Source: Takakia lepidozioides
Taxonomy: Eukaryota; Plantae; Bryophyta
Length of the DNA: 64,000 nucleotides
NCBI GenBank assembly: GCA_030704615.1
Contig: CM060733.1
Span: 14,446,001-14,510,000 of the forward strand
Direction of reading: 5' to 3'
The notes under the pieces were generated by a model. It saw only the letters and a list, made by a program, of their open reading frames with translations. It made no database searches and was not told the origin of the DNA. The translations under genes and the position numbers were made by a program. The first letter of the stretch is position 1. Every line of letters begins with the position of its first letter. Positions 61,420 through 64,000 of this stretch are shown piece after piece.

Positions 61420-62030
61420 CACTACAACAGATCGCGGTATTTATGACTGTATATATGACTATTCTGCAGTCATAAACGGTACATATGACTTCTATGACAG
61501 TAAGTCGTGCAAACCAAGTGAATACAATGAGTACAGGATGGTACGGTCTGGATAACTACAGTATGATGAACCAAGTGATATCTCTCACTGCAGTCATATA
61601 TACCATACTCCAGCCGCCGCTACCGTGCCACGTGGCAATGCGCAATTGATTTAAAAAATTAAATTAAATTAAAAAAAACTTAAAAATAAAAAATATGTCA
61701 GACGCTGCGTTGCAACGCATTGTGCCACGTGGCATAATGCATTTTATAATAATGAAAAAACCACGTGGCAGTCCATCTAGAGTAACACGCGCTATCCCTA
61801 GCTCGCCTACTAACCCTAGGGCCATCTTAGGTGTGTCGGTTAGTCTGTAGTGTCTTAGAAATGCTATAACGTGGAGGTCCTAGGTTCAAGTATGCATTGC
61901 CTAATATATGTAGAACAATGAACACATCGACATAGGACAGAACCGGAGTCAATTATCAACGCCGGAGTCAATGGTCAACAAGTTTTTAAAATTCAAAATT
62001 CAAATTCAAATGTTCTCACCTAAATTCAAA
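61420..62030 (-). mobile_element. CACTA transposon, right arm, inverted relative to the left arm (far boundary approximate)
   Basis: Same 20-bp terminus CACTACAACAGATCGCGGTA on the + strand at 61420; the minus strand reads ...GTAGTG|TAT TTGAAGGAATG, i.e. TIR plus TSD plus PPR continuation. Confidence 0.85.
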
Positions 62031-62102
62031 TGTATCCCCTTAAATTGCGACGTCCGGGCGTCGCACTTTGTGACCCCCGGACGTTGCTAATTCGACATTG
62101 CA

Positions 62103-63742
62103 CCCTCCCCCGAATTAAAACAAATAAAGCCTGGATTGGGGCACTGCCGCGCCTCCCTAGGCCACATCAACAACCCCCTTCCTCCCATCCCCTCATTATA
62201 TTTGCAATCCTATACCCTCAAGTACCACCCCGCGAACTCTCATTACACTGATGGATCCCTTACTAAATCTAATGCAGACTATGGTATCTTCCACGCAGGA
62301 ACATTGAGAGGGGTTGCCCTTAGTCTCCCTGGCCCTGTAACCATTCTCAGGGCCGAACTTATGGCCATGTACGACGCTCTCCTCCTATTTGACACCTTTC
62401 CCCCACCATACTTCATCTTCACCGACAGCCTTACCTCCTTATTCCTCATCCGCAACCACATTGCTCGCCCCTCCTCCCACCATCATCATCCTGAGCGTAA
62501 CCTCATTTCAGCCATTGTCAACACTGCCATTTTAAAAAAACACCCAGTCCACCTACTCAAAGTACGCTCGCATACTGGCATTCAAGGGAATGAGGAGGCC
62601 GACCTCCTAGCTCAACTTGGTGCTACCAAACCCAAAACTAATCCCACGAACGAACCTATTCACATCGCCTACACCCACCCTTTCTGGTTTATACACCCAG
62701 TTCCGGACTTTACTGCACCACGACCCATACGCAATCTCTTGCCCCCCTCACCCGTGAAGCAAACAAACAAGTCGTAGCCTCTATCGGTCATACCAAAGTA
62801 CATATTAAAAAATGGACCCAATCCGAAGTATTACACCACAAACTTTCGAACCACTTTTGGCAAACCAAAGCTACCGCTGACGCACAAATCCGCCAAACAC
62901 TCATATTTAGATACGCCCAATACATGGGTCACCGACGCAAACACATTTTCTGGCCACATCTTTTCTCATCACCTTACTGCCCACTGTGCACCACAACCCA
63001 CAATGCACGTGAGACCTGGCCGCACCTCCTAAGCCAATGCACACACCCGGTCATCCATGGTCTTCATATCACTCGCCACAACCAAGCAGTCTGACATCTC
63101 TACAAACTATTCACAAAACGCGCCGAAACCCGATGGTTCACACTCATTAATGTCGGTACCTTCCAGGGGAAGCCACCAGACCACACAGTACTGTCATGGC
63201 TTTTACCATGCACATACCATTCTCACAGTTCATCATCCACGAGTTTACATTCTGCCACGATCGAGACTCCAACGATTCAATCTTATAAAAAACGACAAAA
63301 ATACGCCCCACTCATTCTTGCAATTCGTCAACAGGGATGGAAAAATGGCCCACTCACAGTCATCACTGCTGGAACCCGGGGCGGCATACACAACGCCAGT
63401 ATCAATGATTTACATGACAACTTCAAAATACCCATCCTCTCAATCCATCAATGCTTCAAAGCAATCCACCTCACAACACTCCGCTCCCTTACAGCCATTA
63501 TCATCAACAAACGCCAACTGGAAGCTAGCCCTTCTAGTGCACCCTGGGTCCCCTGGGCCGGGTTCCCCTGGAAACCCAGGGGGTTTATAGCAGCCCCCCC
63601 CCCTCTCTCTCTCTCCCCGCGGTTACCTAATGTCCCACAATAAACCCTTCATTTTATAGGGCCTACCCCCAAAAGGGGGCAGTAGCCGTTAGGTGAAGTG
63701 GCTCTTAGTTACGCCGGCTACGGCCAGAGTCTTCTATCTCTC
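62103..63742 (+). mobile_element. 5'-truncated non-LTR retrotransposon with RNase H, CCHC finger and restriction-like endonuclease remnant (RandI/Dualen-like)
   Basis: RNase H motifs YTDGS, TILRAELMA, IFTDSLTSL, KVRSHTGIQGNEEAD; then CPLC-x-ETWPHLLSQC-x-RHNQAV, EFTFCHD and TVITAGTRGGIH; (TC)n tail; 12-bp TSD TTCGACATTGCA at 62091-62102 and 63743-63754. Confidence 0.85.
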
Positions 63743-64000
63743 TTCGACATTGCAGAGTAGGTTTTTTTTTTTTTTTTTTTTTTTTTTCGACGCCCGGGCG
63801 TCGCAAGACACTTCGGCTTCGCAAGTCGCGGTGGCGCAAAATTGCGACCCCCTTCGGTCGCAAAATTGCGACGTTTTTTTTGGCGACGCCTTTGCGACGC
63901 CTGGACGTCGCAAAATTGGCCCCTCCCCCCTGGCCGAAAAGGGCTGTTTTGCGACGCCGCGGCATGGCCGGGGCGTCGTAAACCCCTCATTTTCCTGTAG

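Noticed and set aside
63659-63742. Hammerhead, HDV or twister ribozyme call for the LINE tail
   Set aside because: Lacks the CUGANGA/GAAA/UH core, the HDV nested pseudoknot and the twister consensus; reported only as an unknown structured RNA.

Overview
Eukaryotic nuclear DNA from a land plant, inferred to be a bryophyte with heavy organellar C-to-U editing (an early-diverging moss such as Takakia or Sphagnum is a guess, not demonstrated). Conserved intron-containing genes: the 5' end of non-phosphorylating GAPDH (ALDH11A), a class I SAM methyltransferase, a subfamily-XI-like LRR receptor kinase with one 4-bp frameshift, a divergent 5-exon beta-tubulin, a UDP-arabinose 4-epimerase, and orphan 3' exons of a PTI1-like kinase. 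These are interleaved with transposon debris (SWIM/MULE, PIF/Harbinger and Tourist MITEs, CACTA, L1 tails, a RandI/Dualen-like LINE) and three clusters of decayed PLS-class PPR/E/DYW editing-factor sequence (10.6-16.1 kb, 48.7-50.8 kb, 55.1-61.4 kb). The main signal comes from overlapping these fragments. They reconstruct a gene family in which a putative targeting peptide and several OSB-type PDF single-stranded-DNA-binding motifs sit N-terminal to a PLS-PPR-E-DYW cytidine deaminase. No intact copy is present in the window. Other notable items are a CACTA insertion whose right end and downstream flank are inverted (TSD TAT), an ~85-nt structured LINE 3' unit found as two separate TSD-flanked insertions, and a G.U-biased hairpin with 88-bp arms. 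All identifications are by eye from motifs; no searches were run.
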